A stretch of DNA of 54,394 nucleotides from Chitinivibrionales bacterium (GCA_014728215.1 WJLZ01000143.1:1-54394); one strand, 5' to 3'; positions 19,404-31,000 are shown, counted from the stretch's first letter. Numbers and translations are program-made. The notes: a model not told the origin generated them from the letters alone.

Positions 19404-19445
19404 ACAGATACTCCGATTGTACCGAACATGATGGACAAACAATTG

Positions 19446-22400
19446 TTATACACTTTCGGCAAACTCCTTTTTCTTCTTCTCCTTTTCAGGCTCCTCCTTC
19501 TCAGCCGGTTCCATACTGCTCCAATGCTCATAGAACCGCCGGCGGGAATCGACTTCATCACGAGCACTATTGAGGAACGCTTCGGCCCGCTCGGGATTGC
19601 TGTAGCGAAGCATCTGGTAGCGTGTTTCATTATAGATGTAATCTTCGAGCGGAATACTCGGCGGTTTTGAATCGAGTTTCAGAGGATTCTTACCCTGTTT
19701 TTTCAAAAGAGGATTATACCGCATGAGGGGCCAGTATCCGCTGGCGACCGCAGCTTTCTGTTGCTCCATGCCCTTTGACAAATCAAAACCCTGACCGATA
19801 CAATGGGAATAAGCGATTATCAGTGAAGTTCCCGGGAAGGCTTCGGCTTCCCTGAACACCTTGAGTGTATGGGTATCGTTGGCTCCCATGGCCACCCGGG
19901 CCACGTAGGCCGTGCCGTAGGTCATGGCCATTGCCGCCAGATCTTTTTTCGCCGTTGGTTTCCCGGCCGCTGCAAACTTTGCCACCGCGCCCATAGGTGT
20001 CGCCTTGGACATCTGCCCGCCCGTATTGGAATAGATCTCCGAATCGAGTACCAGAATATTGACATCACGCCCAAGCGACAGGATATGATCCAACCCACCA
20101 TAGCCGATATCATAGGCCCAACCGTCACCGCCCACAATCCAGACGGTTTTTCTTACCAGAACTTCGGCCACCGCCAGCAATCGCCGAGCCTTTGGGTCAT
20201 CGCTCCCCTGCAGTACCTGTCTGATTTTATCAACCCGCTCCCGTTGCCGCTCGATCGCTTCCTCGTTTGTACCGCTTTCTTCCAGAATTTCCTGCGCCGT
20301 CCCGTTACCGATTTGCGGTGCAAGCTGTCCAACAAACTCACGGGCAATGTCAATCTGCTTATCGAGAGCACATCGCATACCAAAACCGAATTCGCCGTTA
20401 TCCTCAAAAAGTGAATTTGCCCATGCCGGTCCTTGATGGTGTTCGTTGGTACACCAGGGGGTTGCAGGAAGATTTCCGCCATAAATTGACGAGCAGCCGG
20501 TAGCATTGGCGATCAGCGCCCTGTCGCCGAAAAGCCGGCTCATTAATTCGAGATAGGGTGTTTCACCGCAACCCCCACAGGCGCCGTGGAACTCAAAGAG
20601 CGGTTTCATAAACTGGACATCCGCTATCGATTCTGCCCGCAACAATCTTCGATCGGGATCGGGAATATTGAGGAAAAATGCCCAGTTGCGAACACCCTGT
20701 TCTTTATATGGTTCCTTGGGCTCCATATTGATCGCCCGCAGCCGGGGCTCGGATTTGTTCCGGGCCGGACAGGCTGCCGTGCAGAGCCGGCATCCGGTAC
20801 AGTCTTCAACTGAAACCTGAATTGTAAACTGTTTTCCCCGGTGACGAGATGAACGGGCTTCAACCGATTTGAATCCTTCCGGTGCATTCGCCAGGGCAGC
20901 GGGTTCGCAAATCGTGGACCGAACAACCGCATGTGGACACACCATCACGCATTTCCCGCATTGAATACACACCTGCGGGTCCCACACCGGTATCTCGAGG
21001 GCGATGTCCCGTTTTTCGTACCGGGTTGTTCCCGAGGGAAAGGTGCCGTCGGGAGCAAATGCACTCACCGGTAAATTGTCCCCTTCACCGGCAATCATGG
21101 CCGCGGTTACCTTTTGTACAAACTCAGGCGCAGAGGGGGGCGCTGTTGTACGCATTCCAAACCGACTTGTGGCTTTTGAAGGAACCTCGATCTGATGAAG
21201 ATGGTCGAGAGCCCGGTCGACAACTTCATTATTCATTTTTACAACTTTTTCTCCCCGTTTCCCATAGGTTGTGCCGATATGCTTTTTAACTGCGCCCAGG
21301 GCCGTATCAAGATCGATGATATTACTCAGGCTAAAGAAACATGCCTGCATGATCGTATTGATACGCTTTCCCAGTCCTACCTGCCGTGCGAGTTCATAGG
21401 CATCGATCACAAAAAAGCGGAGTTTCTTGTCGATAATCGTCTGCTGAACCTCCCGGGGCAAATGATCCCATACCTGATCGGGGGGATAAGGTGTATTGAG
21501 CAAAAATATCGCCCCCTCCTGAGCACCGCCCAGAACATTGAGTCGTTCCAGAAAAAAGAACTGGTGACAACCGACAAAGTCGGCATTGTGCACCAGATAG
21601 GGAGCATTGATCGGTTCGGAACCGAATCTGAGATGGGAGACGGTTAATGATCCGGCTTTGCGTGAATCGTAAACAAAGTAGCCCTGGACATAGTTGTTGG
21701 TCTGCTCTCCGATGATTCGTATAGTGTTGCGATTTGCACTGACCGTCCCGTCGGAGCCCAATCCATAAAAAAGCGCCCGGGTCCTTCCGGACGGTTCGGA
21801 ACCGAATCCGCAGGGGTAATCGATACTGGTATGCGACACATCATCGGTTATACCAACAGTAAAATGCCGTGACGGCTTTTCTGCGGCCATATGATCGAAC
21901 ACGCCTTTTACCATCGCAGGAGTAAATTCCTTCGACGAAAGCCCGTACCGTCCACCGATCACCAGGGGCGTCGTTTGCAGACGAGCGGTTCCGTGTTCGT
22001 ACAGCGCCGTAATGATATCGTTATAGAGCGGATCGCCGGTGGACCCCGGTTCCTTTGTCCTGTCGAGGGCAGCAATCACGCCGACGCTTTGAGGCAAGGC
22101 ATCGATAAACGTTATCGCCGCAAATGGGCGGTAAAGGTGTACTTTGATCAGGCCGACTTTTTCGCCCTGCTTAATAAGCATCCGCACAGTTTCTTCAACG
22201 GTTTGAGCGGCCGAGCCCATGATTACAATAACAAACCGGGCATCATCGGCTCCCACATAATCAAAAAGATGATATTGTCTTCCGGTAACCTGTGCAAACA
22301 GATCCATGGCGCCCTGGACAATATCGGGACACTGGCGGTACCAGGGATTTGATGCTTCCCGCGCCTGAAAAAAGACATCGGGATTTTGAGCGGTCCCCCG

Positions 22401-23054
22401 GATAAAGGGATGGTCGGGTGACAGGGCACGACTTCGATGGGCACTCACCCACCCTTCATCAACCATCGCTTTCATCTGTTCGAGAGTAAGGGGATACACC
22501 GATGACACTTCATGGGATGTCCGGAAACCATCGAAGAAATGGACAAAGGGAACACGGGACTGGAGACTTGCGGCTTGTGCCACGGCGGCAAAATCCATCG
22601 CTGCCTGCACGCTTGTCGCTCCCAGAATGGCAAAACCGGTACCCCGGACCGCCATGATATCGCTGTGATCGCAGAATATCGACAAGGCGTGCGTAGCGAC
22701 GGTCCGTGCGGCAACATGAAAAACCGTGGGTGTCAGCTCACCCGCAATTTTATACATATTGGGAATCATGAGCAGCAGACCCTGAGAAGATGTAAAGGTT
22801 GTTGTCAGCGCACCACGCTGCAGAGCGCCATGGACGGCGCCCGCCGCACCGCCTTCACTCTGCATTTCGGTTACCTGGGGAACCGTATCGTAAATATTCG
22901 GTTTCCCCCGGGTCGACCATTCATCGGCAAGCTCTCCCATTGGTGATGACGGTGTTATGGGATAGATCGCAATGACCTCGTTCATATGATAGGCGACATG
23001 TGCCGCAGCATGATTCCCGTCGACAGTTAACCGTTCCTGCTGCATAGGGGGCAT
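19446..23054 (-). CDS. nifJ: Pyruvate:ferredoxin (flavodoxin) oxidoreductase, single-polypeptide PFOR
   Basis: 1202 aa. It carries two ferredoxin-type 4Fe-4S motifs (CIQCGKCVMVCP; CTGCRLCTAACP) and a TPP-binding domain (GGDGWAYDIGYGGLDH). The domain order alpha-gamma-delta-beta is typical of por/nifJ. There is a Lys/Glu-rich C-terminal extension. Confidence 0.95.
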   Translation of the reverse strand: MPPMQQERLTVDGNHAAAHVAYHMNEVIAIYPITPSSPMGELADEWSTRGKPNIYDTVPQVTEMQSEGGAAGAVHGALQRGALTTTFTSSQGLLLMIPNMYKIAGELTPTVFHVAARTVATHALSIFCDHSDIMAVRGTGFAILGATSVQAAMDFAAVAQAASLQSRVPFVHFFDGFRTSHEVSSVYPLTLEQMKAMVDEGWVSAHRSRALSPDHPFIRGTAQNPDVFFQAREASNPWYRQCPDIVQGAMDLFAQVTGRQYHLFDYVGADDARFVIVIMGSAAQTVEETVRMLIKQGEKVGLIKVHLYRPFAAITFIDALPQSVGVIAALDRTKEPGSTGDPLYNDIITALYEHGTARLQTTPLVIGGRYGLSSKEFTPAMVKGVFDHMAAEKPSRHFTVGITDDVSHTSIDYPCGFGSEPSGRTRALFYGLGSDGTVSANRNTIRIIGEQTNNYVQGYFVYDSRKAGSLTVSHLRFGSEPINAPYLVHNADFVGCHQFFFLERLNVLGGAQEGAIFLLNTPYPPDQVWDHLPREVQQTIIDKKLRFFVIDAYELARQVGLGKRINTIMQACFFSLSNIIDLDTALGAVKKHIGTTYGKRGEKVVKMNNEVVDRALDHLHQIEVPSKATSRFGMRTTAPPSAPEFVQKVTAAMIAGEGDNLPVSAFAPDGTFPSGTTRYEKRDIALEIPVWDPQVCIQCGKCVMVCPHAVVRSTICEPAALANAPEGFKSVEARSSRHRGKQFTIQVSVEDCTGCRLCTAACPARNKSEPRLRAINMEPKEPYKEQGVRNWAFFLNIPDPDRRLLRAESIADVQFMKPLFEFHGACGGCGETPYLELMSRLFGDRALIANATGCSSIYGGNLPATPWCTNEHHQGPAWANSLFEDNGEFGFGMRCALDKQIDIAREFVGQLAPQIGNGTAQEILEESGTNEEAIERQRERVDKIRQVLQGSDDPKARRLLAVAEVLVRKTVWIVGGDGWAYDIGYGGLDHILSLGRDVNILVLDSEIYSNTGGQMSKATPMGAVAKFAAAGKPTAKKDLAAMAMTYGTAYVARVAMGANDTHTLKVFREAEAFPGTSLIIAYSHCIGQGFDLSKGMEQQKAAVASGYWPLMRYNPLLKKQGKNPLKLDSKPPSIPLEDYIYNETRYQMLRYSNPERAEAFLNSARDEVDSRRRFYEHWSSMEPAEKEEPEKEKKKKEFAESV

Positions 23055-23225
23055 GGCTCCTCCTCCCGGTCCGGCCCCTTCCCCTCAACAACTTCCCGTA
23101 CAGCAACCTCGCGAAGCAATAACTGAGGGGAGGGATGGACCACACCCTTTCCAGCCGACAGAAGCAGTGCTTCTCTGCCGCCTGGATCAGGAATGCGCTG
23201 CGTGATAATGTTTTATTATGTATGA

Positions 23226-23666
23226 TTAATGTGTTGCTACCGCCAGAAGTTTGGCGTTTAATGAAATTTCGGTTCCCGTAAGAGCACGGGAGACAATACA
23301 AGACTTGCGTGCTTTTTCCGCTGTTTCCTTGAGATAGTCTTCATCGATATTGGCGACCTCGGCGACACACTCAAGATCTATGCTGGAGATGGAAAAATCG
23401 TTACCCACTTTGTCGAGATGTACATTGGCGGTGGTATGTATCGATGTCGGCGGATGACCGTCTTCGGAAAGCATTTTACCGAGGGCCATGGAAAAACATC
23501 CGGCTTCAGCCGCACCGATCAATTCTTCGGGATTAGTATTTTTTTCTTCTTCAAACCGGGAGGCATAGGAATAGGCGCCTTCAAAAGCACCGCTGCCCAA
23601 TTGTATTGTTCCTGTTCCTTTGGGAAAACTGCCCTTCCATTGTGCTTCTGCTTTTCGTGTAGCCAT
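23226..23666 (-). CDS. osmC: OsmC/Ohr-family peroxiredoxin-like protein
   Basis: About 146 aa with the two conserved Cys regions of OsmC (AAEAGCFS...; ARKSCIVS). Start taken at MATRKAE (ORF opens at 23684). Confidence 0.8.
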   Translation of the reverse strand: MATRKAEAQWKGSFPKGTGTIQLGSGAFEGAYSYASRFEEEKNTNPEELIGAAEAGCFSMALGKMLSEDGHPPTSIHTTANVHLDKVGNDFSISSIDLECVAEVANIDEDYLKETAEKARKSCIVSRALTGTEISLNAKLLAVATH

Positions 23667-23848
23667 GAAGGCCTCCTTTCGCAATATTAAGAATGAAAAA
23701 TTCTCATCCAGTCCACAAATTTGCCGATCAGGACTGGTTGAGATAAAGGGAGTACTAAAAGCAGCAAATTATATGCCACCGGAATTCTTAAATCGTCATA
23801 AGTCCCGGACAGCCAGTACACTTACACTAGTACTCTCTCTACTTGATT

Positions 23849-24262
23849 TTAATCGTTGGTAACCGAATCGATCAGCGCATTGACACGTTTCCGGGTGTTC
23901 GTAATTATATCTTCAATCCTCTCATTTGCCTTTGCGGTGGCTTCCCCCGATTCCCGTCTGACACGGACAATCCGATCCCGTGCACTACTTATAATATTGT
24001 CGATCCTCTGTTCCACATCCATACCATTCAGGCCCTCAGTTGCCTGATCGGTCAGAGTATCGACTCTCTTTCTGGCTTGCCGACCGATTTCTTCAACTTC
24101 ATCGACGGCATTCTTCAAGGGATCGTTGCCGTTCTCCTGTGTCTGAACCGTGTCCTGTCCGTCTTCCACCGGTCCATTTTCATCGTCACATCCGAGCCCG
24201 ATCATAATCAGTATTGCCGGCAGTACGACAAAACCGGTTGCACTCTTGAGTACATGTCGCAT
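23849..24262 (-). CDS. Hypothetical lipoprotein with three ~25-aa internal repeats
   Basis: Signal peptide plus lipobox (IMIGLGCDDENG). The repeat unit [QE]RI[DE]xII...R.R[IV] occurs three times. No family recognised. Confidence 0.45.
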   Translation of the reverse strand: MRHVLKSATGFVVLPAILIMIGLGCDDENGPVEDGQDTVQTQENGNDPLKNAVDEVEEIGRQARKRVDTLTDQATEGLNGMDVEQRIDNIISSARDRIVRVRRESGEATAKANERIEDIITNTRKRVNALIDSVTND

Positions 24263-24409
24263 ACAGCACCTCCTTTAGTGTGTTGTAGTATTCGATTTTC
24301 GACAGGAACAATAGTAAATAAATGTTCTTATTTGGTAATTTAGGAAAGCAGCCCCGCCCGCTGCGGAGCTGCTTTCCCGGTCTGTCATTGCACCGACAAG
24401 AGATTCTCG

Positions 24410-24853
24410 TCAATCGGAAAATGCGATTTCACCCAGTGCTTCAACGTCACCCGACTGAATCGCAATCTCAGTTGCATCGCCAAGAATTCCAACCGATTGG
24501 TCGATTTCACCAATGCTGTAAAACACAAGTGGTTCTTCTGTTTCATCCAGTTGCCCGTCACCGTCTTCATCCCACCAGAGCGCCACAACATATTGATCCG
24601 GCGGTATGTCGCCAATAAGGACTTCGGTGTTGTTGAGTGTCACCATGGTGTCCACAACCGGGTCCCCCAGTTTACTCTCCTTGACTTCAATCACAATCGG
24701 CGTCGTATCGGTGACTGTTCCGATAAAATTGGGAGTCAGTGAAACCGAACCGGGCTCCTGAGCACTTACTCCATTATCATCGTCATCACCGCACCCGACA
24801 AGAAAGACAAGGGCAATAATTGCACCACTCAACACCGGAATATTCCTCTTCAT
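24410..24853 (-). CDS. Hypothetical lipoprotein (acidic, beta-rich)
   Basis: MKRNIPVLSGAIIALVFLVGCGDDDDNG lipoprotein signal. Start taken at MKRN (ORF opens at 24889). A stem-loop lies downstream at about 24343..24378. Confidence 0.45.
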   Translation of the reverse strand: MKRNIPVLSGAIIALVFLVGCGDDDDNGVSAQEPGSVSLTPNFIGTVTDTTPIVIEVKESKLGDPVVDTMVTLNNTEVLIGDIPPDQYVVALWWDEDGDGQLDETEEPLVFYSIGEIDQSVGILGDATEIAIQSGDVEALGEIAFSD

Positions 24854-25359
24854 GATAACCTCCTCATAAAAGTGAATTGTTACGATCACGACTTTGTCCC
24901 GCGGGAAATAAACACTGTGTTTCTGAGAATTAAGCCCGCAACATCAGAAGCAATTATTATGCCACCGGTTGTTAAGATGCTTGAGATTTAAGGGAAGGAA
25001 AAGAGAGAAAAGATCTTTCGACACTTCGGGTATGCTCAGCGGGGCACACGCTCAGGACAATGTAAAGAGTATGGTTGCGACAAGTGAAGGAGAAGAAAAT
25101 GGAGATCTGAGACAAAGACCTGTCTCGAGGCGCTACCGGGAGAGCGACAACAATTTGAAAATAAAAGCGGTACCCTGTTCCCTGTATCCTGCTTATTTGC
25201 AGATTTAGAAAATTTATTTCCCATTACTGGAAAACCTCTTTTGATGAGGACAAAGATCTATTTGCCTGTCAAAGGGCGTTGTAATCTGGCATGACAATTG
25301 CATTCGACAAAATGAGGAATAATTGAATATGTTCTTAATAAATGTAAATCCGGAGTATT

Positions 25360-26859
25360 ATGCACTATCTGCTTATCCGCCGTGCCCTTATATTGGTATC
25401 CCTACTTGCCCTTATTCTCAATACCTGTGTCGGTCCCCGATATCACACGCGAGTCGATGAATTCGTTTCCTTTACATCGGTATACGATACCATACGACTC
25501 GAAGCTTCCCCGAAATTCTGGATCGAGCAACCCGAACTAGACTCTCTTCTTTCGGCCGCCTTCAACCGCAACCCCGACATGTTAGTTGCCTGGGCACGGG
25601 TAGAGCAGGCCAAAGCCGCGGCGGTCATTGCGACTGCGCCGCTTTTTCCCTCGGTGTCGGCATCGGGCCAGTCGTTCCGCACGAAATTATCCGATTTTAC
25701 CTTTGGCGGTGGACCAATCACAGGGGGACAACCCGGGGGCACTCCGATCGGTGGTGGCGCTGGTACGACCCCTTTTACCGACGGTATCGACAACAACATA
25801 TTCACCCAATACCAGACCTCCCTGGCAGCTTCCTACGAAGTCGATCTTTTCACCCGGCTCATCAGGCGCCGTCAGGCGGCAGTGAAAGAGGCGATGGCCG
25901 CCCAGGCTGATGCCCGGGCCATGAGCATTACCCTTGCCGCACAGGTAACCGACACCTGGCTTATGCTCGTGGCACAACGGCAAACAATCGATTTACTCGA
26001 ATCCCAGCTCGAAAATTCAAAAAGGTTCGGTGAACTGACCGAGCTCCGATTTGCCTATGGCCAGGCCTCGGCTCTTAGTGTCATTCAGCAAGAGCAGCAG
26101 ATCGAACGGCTGCGGGGACAACTTGGCCTGGCACGGGCGCGGGCAGCAACCTTGAAACATCAACTGGATGTTTTACTCGGCTATCCACCCACAGCAGCAA
26201 CGGCTGTTGATACCCGCACGCTTCCCGATGCACCCGAGGTACCCATTACCGGTGTGCCCGCCGATTTGTTCAAACACCGTCCCGATGTCTGTGCGGCATG
26301 GCTGCGTCTCAAAGCTTCCGATGCCGAAGCTGCTGCTGCAATTTTGGACTTTTTTCCGTCAATAAATCTTTCCGCAAGCCTTTTCACTGATGCCGAGGAG
26401 ATAAATAATCTATTCGATGAATTGCTCTGGTCGCTTTCCGGAACGATTACCCAGCCCATTTTTCAGGGGAGGCGTCTGATTGCCGGAGTCCGCCGGGCCC
26501 GGGCTGCCGCTGAAGCCGATTATTATACCTATATAAATACCACACTCACCGCCCTCCGGGAGGTTCGGGATGCCCTGGTATTGATTCGCGGCCAGGAAAC
26601 CTGGGTGAACAGCCTGAAACAACAGGTGGAAGATGCCGAAATCCGGCTCGATCTCTCGCGGGAACGTTACATGCAGGGTGTGGAATCCTATCTTCAGGTC
26701 CTTACCGCCCTCAATTCACTGCAGTCCACCCAGCAGACCCTTGTCGAAGCGATCCGGCAACTGCTTTCCTATCACGTACAGCTCTACCGTGCTGTGGGAG
26801 GAAGCTATCCCGAATTGGCCGGCGACTATCCAACCGAAAAGGAGCCGGAAGATGAGTGA
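25360..26859 (+). CDS. Efflux transporter outer-membrane factor (TolC/NodT family)
   Basis: 499 aa with a signal sequence, two tandem OEP repeats with coiled-coil heptads, a typical TolC-like composition and an acidic C-terminus. The stop overlaps the start of the adaptor gene. Confidence 0.8.
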   Translation: MHYLLIRRALILVSLLALILNTCVGPRYHTRVDEFVSFTSVYDTIRLEASPKFWIEQPELDSLLSAAFNRNPDMLVAWARVEQAKAAAVIATAPLFPSVSASGQSFRTKLSDFTFGGGPITGGQPGGTPIGGGAGTTPFTDGIDNNIFTQYQTSLAASYEVDLFTRLIRRRQAAVKEAMAAQADARAMSITLAAQVTDTWLMLVAQRQTIDLLESQLENSKRFGELTELRFAYGQASALSVIQQEQQIERLRGQLGLARARAATLKHQLDVLLGYPPTAATAVDTRTLPDAPEVPITGVPADLFKHRPDVCAAWLRLKASDAEAAAAILDFFPSINLSASLFTDAEEINNLFDELLWSLSGTITQPIFQGRRLIAGVRRARAAAEADYYTYINTTLTALREVRDALVLIRGQETWVNSLKQQVEDAEIRLDLSRERYMQGVESYLQVLTALNSLQSTQQTLVEAIRQLLSYHVQLYRAVGGSYPELAGDYPTEKEPEDE

Positions 26860-28078
26860 GAAAAAAAAGAAGGGAAGGTTTTTAATTCCGCTGGTGATTA
26901 CCGCAGCTGCGATATTTATTGCATTCATGCTTGTAATTCTTCGAAAAGCCCCCCCCCGCGCACAGCAAGCCCGTCAGGCGGTTCCCGTCAATGTGATTAC
27001 TGTCTACCCCGACACCCAACAATTGACACTCCGTGTCTACGGGACGGTTAAGCCTGCCCGGGAAGTCACTATCCTGCCCCAGGTGGGGGGTAAAATCATA
27101 TGGGTCAGCCCCGATTTCGTTCCCGGCGGCATTGTCCGGGCAAATGACCGTATCGTTGTTATCGACAGCAGCGAATATGTCGTCGCGTTTCGTGAAGCAC
27201 GGGCATCGCTTCAACAGGCACGGGCACAATATGAACAGGAACTGGGACAGCAGGAGATTGCACGACGGGAATGGGAACTCTTTTCCGACCGTCTCGATAC
27301 CACTGCGGATACCTCTCTGGCATTACGCAAACCCCAGCTTCAGACCGCGCGCGCGGCCATCAATGCAGCAGAAGCGCGGGTGCAACGGGCCCGGCTTAAT
27401 CTGGACCGGACCAGAATCGAAGCGCCTTTTAACGGGTTTGTCCGCAATGAAGACGCTGATGTGGGGCAACTGGTCGATCCGCAAAGCAGTATCGGCGTTA
27501 TCATCGGCACCGATCGGTATTGGGTACAGGTAACCGTGCCGGAAGAAGATATCCCCTATGTCAGCATCCCGGGAATCAACGCCGATACCGGATCTGCCGT
27601 GATGATTCGCCATGTTGTTGATGGGAAAGAGATTATCCGCAAAGGACGGGTGGAAAAACTCTTCGGCGATCTCGAGCCCCAGGGCAGGATGGCGCAGGTC
27701 CTGGTCGTTATCGAGAATCCCACCGGCATTCGCGATGTAGCCGATACAATCCAGACATTCCAGCCTCTTCTGGTCGATGCTTTCGTGGAAGTTTACATCC
27801 GAGGTCCCCACCGTGGAGGGCTCTACGCCCTCCCCCGCGAGGCGTTACGGGATAATGAAAATGTTTTTCTCTTCGGCACCGACAGCACACTTCTTGTTGT
27901 CAAGCCCACAATCTTCTGGCGTGCACCGGATACGATCTATATCGACCAGGGACTCAACCCCGGCGACAACGTCATAACAAGCACTATCGCCACGCCAATC
28001 GAAGGCATGGATCTGCGGCTCTTGCAATCCCTCAACGATACACTTCAGGCGGACCTGGAACAAAGGGAAGGGCTATGA
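26852..28078 (+). CDS. RND efflux periplasmic adaptor subunit (membrane fusion protein, HlyD family)
   Basis: Start chosen at MSEKKKKGRFLIPLVITAAAIFIAF (N-terminal TM anchor), overlapping the TolC stop (ATGAGTGA). It has coiled-coil hairpin and beta-barrel domains. The stop overlaps the RND pump start. Confidence 0.8.
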   Translation: MSEKKKKGRFLIPLVITAAAIFIAFMLVILRKAPPRAQQARQAVPVNVITVYPDTQQLTLRVYGTVKPAREVTILPQVGGKIIWVSPDFVPGGIVRANDRIVVIDSSEYVVAFREARASLQQARAQYEQELGQQEIARREWELFSDRLDTTADTSLALRKPQLQTARAAINAAEARVQRARLNLDRTRIEAPFNGFVRNEDADVGQLVDPQSSIGVIIGTDRYWVQVTVPEEDIPYVSIPGINADTGSAVMIRHVVDGKEIIRKGRVEKLFGDLEPQGRMAQVLVVIENPTGIRDVADTIQTFQPLLVDAFVEVYIRGPHRGGLYALPREALRDNENVFLFGTDSTLLVVKPTIFWRAPDTIYIDQGLNPGDNVITSTIATPIEGMDLRLLQSLNDTLQADLEQREGL

Positions 28079-31000
28079 ACAACAACAATGGGGAGCGGAA
28101 GCACGGCCCCCTGGCCTACATGGCAAAAAACAGCGTTGCCGCAAACCTGATCTTGGGCATCATGGTAGTGGGAGGCTTACTCATTTTCCCCCGGATCAAA
28201 CAGGAAGTCTTTCCCGAAGTTACGCTCGATCAAGTATTGATTACTGTACCTTACCCCAGCGCCAGTCCCGAAGAAGTGGAGCAGGGGATTATCCTTGCGG
28301 TCGAGGAGGCGGTGCGGGGTATCGATGGTGTTAAGGAGGTCCGCGCGACCGCATCCGAGGGAGTGGCGCAGGTCAGCGCCGAATTATACTCAGCCGCCCC
28401 CGAGGACCGAACCCTCAACGATATCCAGAGTGCAGTAGACCGTATCACCTCATTCCCCCGTGATGCCGAAGAACCGACAATCAGGCTCCTCTCCCCCCGC
28501 AGGGAGGTGGTGACGGTTATTCTCTACGGCGATATCCCGCCCGATAAGCTTCGTTCGGTAGCCGAAATAGTCAAAGAAGAGCTTTTGAACACGCCCAATA
28601 TTACCCAGGTGGAAATAGAAGGGATCCCTTCACCGCAAATCAGTGTTGAAGTGCCGCTCGAAAACCTCCGGCGCCATAACCTTACCCTTCAGCAGATAGC
28701 CACCGTTATCGGTAATGCCTCGGTGGAAGTACCCGGTGGCGCAATCGAAACCCCCGGCGGTGAAATACTCCTCAGAACAACCGAACGGCGAAAGACGGTA
28801 GAAGAGTTTGAGAATATCGCAATTATCGCCGGTGAATCCGGCAGCAGGATTACGGTCGGTGACCTCGGCCGCGTGTATGAAGATTATACAGTCCAGGACA
28901 TGAAGGCATTCTTCAACGGTCAACGAGCTGTACAGATTGTCGCCTATCGCGTTGGTGAAGAAACGCCCATTGAAGTCTCCCGCGCGGTGCATGAGTATGT
29001 GGAACAAAAAAGAAAGCACCTACCGGATCAACTGGGAGTGGCAATCTGGGATGACGCTTCGGAGATTTTCGAAGATCGAATCAGACTTCTTTTAAAAAAC
29101 GGCCTCTTCGGACTCATCTTTGTTCTGATAATATTAGGGATGTTTCTTAAAATCCACCACGCCTTCTGGGTGACTGTCGGCATGGCAGCTTCATTCTGCG
29201 GCTCCTTTCTTTTCATGCCCCTTTTAGGCGTATCGATCAACATGATTTCACTCTTTGCTTTCATTCTGGTACTGGGTATTGTCGTTGACGACGCCATTGT
29301 TGTGGGAGAAGCTGTTTACAACAGGCAGCAAAGCGGGGCTCCGGCAATACAGGCCGCTATCGACGGCGTACGGGAAGTCGCTACCCCGGTGGTGTTTTCT
29401 GTACTAACAACAGTAATCGCTTTCGGCCCCCTGCTTTTCATACCCGGTGTCATGGGTAAGTTATTCAGTAACATCCCCCTGATCGTGATCCCGATCCTGC
29501 TGCTTTCACTTTTCGAATCTCTGTTTATCCTTCCTGCCCATCTTGCTCATCACAAGCAGAAACCCCGTAAAGGCATCATAGCCCGGTTGAACCGCGGGCA
29601 GGAGAAAATATCCCGGCGTCTCGAACGATTTATCAACAACTGGTATGAGCCGAAACTCCGGAAGCTTATTGACAACAGGGCCATTACCCTTGCAGCGGCC
29701 CTGGCTATTCTTATTATCGCTCTGGGACTTGTTGGAGGCGGAATCATACAGTTCATGTTTTTTCCAAAAATCGAAGGCGATGTTGTTGTAGCGACTATCG
29801 AACTACCCTTCGGCTCTACACTGGAGCAGACTCAGGGGGTCATGGACCGGGTTATCGAGGCAGCCCGGGAGGTCCGCCGGTCGATTGAAAAGGAAGCGGG
29901 TGAAGAGATTGTGACCGGCATTTTTTCCGAAGCCGGCGGGTTACGTGATGTTGGTGGTCCGATGGGTGAAATGCGACGAGGCGCAGCGCATCAGGGATTT
30001 ATAACGGTCCAGCTGGTATCCGCGGGAGAGCGGGATATCTCCTCCAGAGAATTTTCTCGGCGGTGGCGCCGCGCAACAGGAGAAATTCCAGGAGTGGAGC
30101 GCCTGGCTTTCGATTACAGTATTGGTCCCTCGGGCGGGGCGGCACTCGCCGTGGAACTCTCCCATTCGAATATCGACCTTCTGAAACAAGCAGCCGAACG
30201 ACTTGCTGCACGTATAGGAGACTATGCCGGCGTTTTTGATATCGACGACGGTTTCCGGCTTGGAAAACGGCAGCTCGATTTCAAGCTCCGTCCGGGAGCC
30301 CGGGCACTAAACATTACCGAAGGCGAATTGGCCCGTCAATTGCGCAATGCCTGGTTCGGCGCCGAAGCCACCCGTCAGCAACGGGGCCGTGAAGAACTCC
30401 GGGTCTATGTCCGCCTGCCCGAAAAACAGCGGACATCGGAATTCTACCTCGAACAAATGATAATCCAGACCGCACAAGGCGGTGAAATACCACTCGAACT
30501 GGCAGCCTATATCATACCGGGCCGCTCCTTTACCGCTATCAATAGGAAAAACGGACGGCGTATCGTGGAAGTTACCGCTGATGTCAATACCGGAGTGACC
30601 AATGCCAATCAGGTATTCGACGACCTGGCGGAATCTGCGCTTCCCGCACTCCAACAGGAATTCCCCGGCCTGAGCTGGGAGCGGGCAGGACAGCAGGAAG
30701 AGATGACCGAATCCTTCAGCGCCCTGCGGGTCGGCATGGCAATCGCGTTGCTGATCATGTACGGCCTGATGGCCATGGTGTTTCAAAGCTATATCCAGCC
30801 CCTGATTGTCATGGCGGCAATCCCCTTCGGGGTGGTCGGCGCATTCTTGGGCCACCTGATCATGGGCTATCAACTCAGCCTGGTGAGTATGCTCGGAATC
30901 GTCGCCCTGGCCGGGGTGGTAGTCAACGACTCCCTGGTGCTTATCACCGTAATCAACGATCACCGCATCGAAGGCATGGAGCCCAGGGACGCCGTGATTA

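Noticed and set aside
24969-25208. 79-aa ORF in the 470-nt gap upstream of the TolC-like gene
   Set aside because: No RBS, and a basic low-complexity product. The region is more plausibly a promoter/regulatory gap for the efflux operon.
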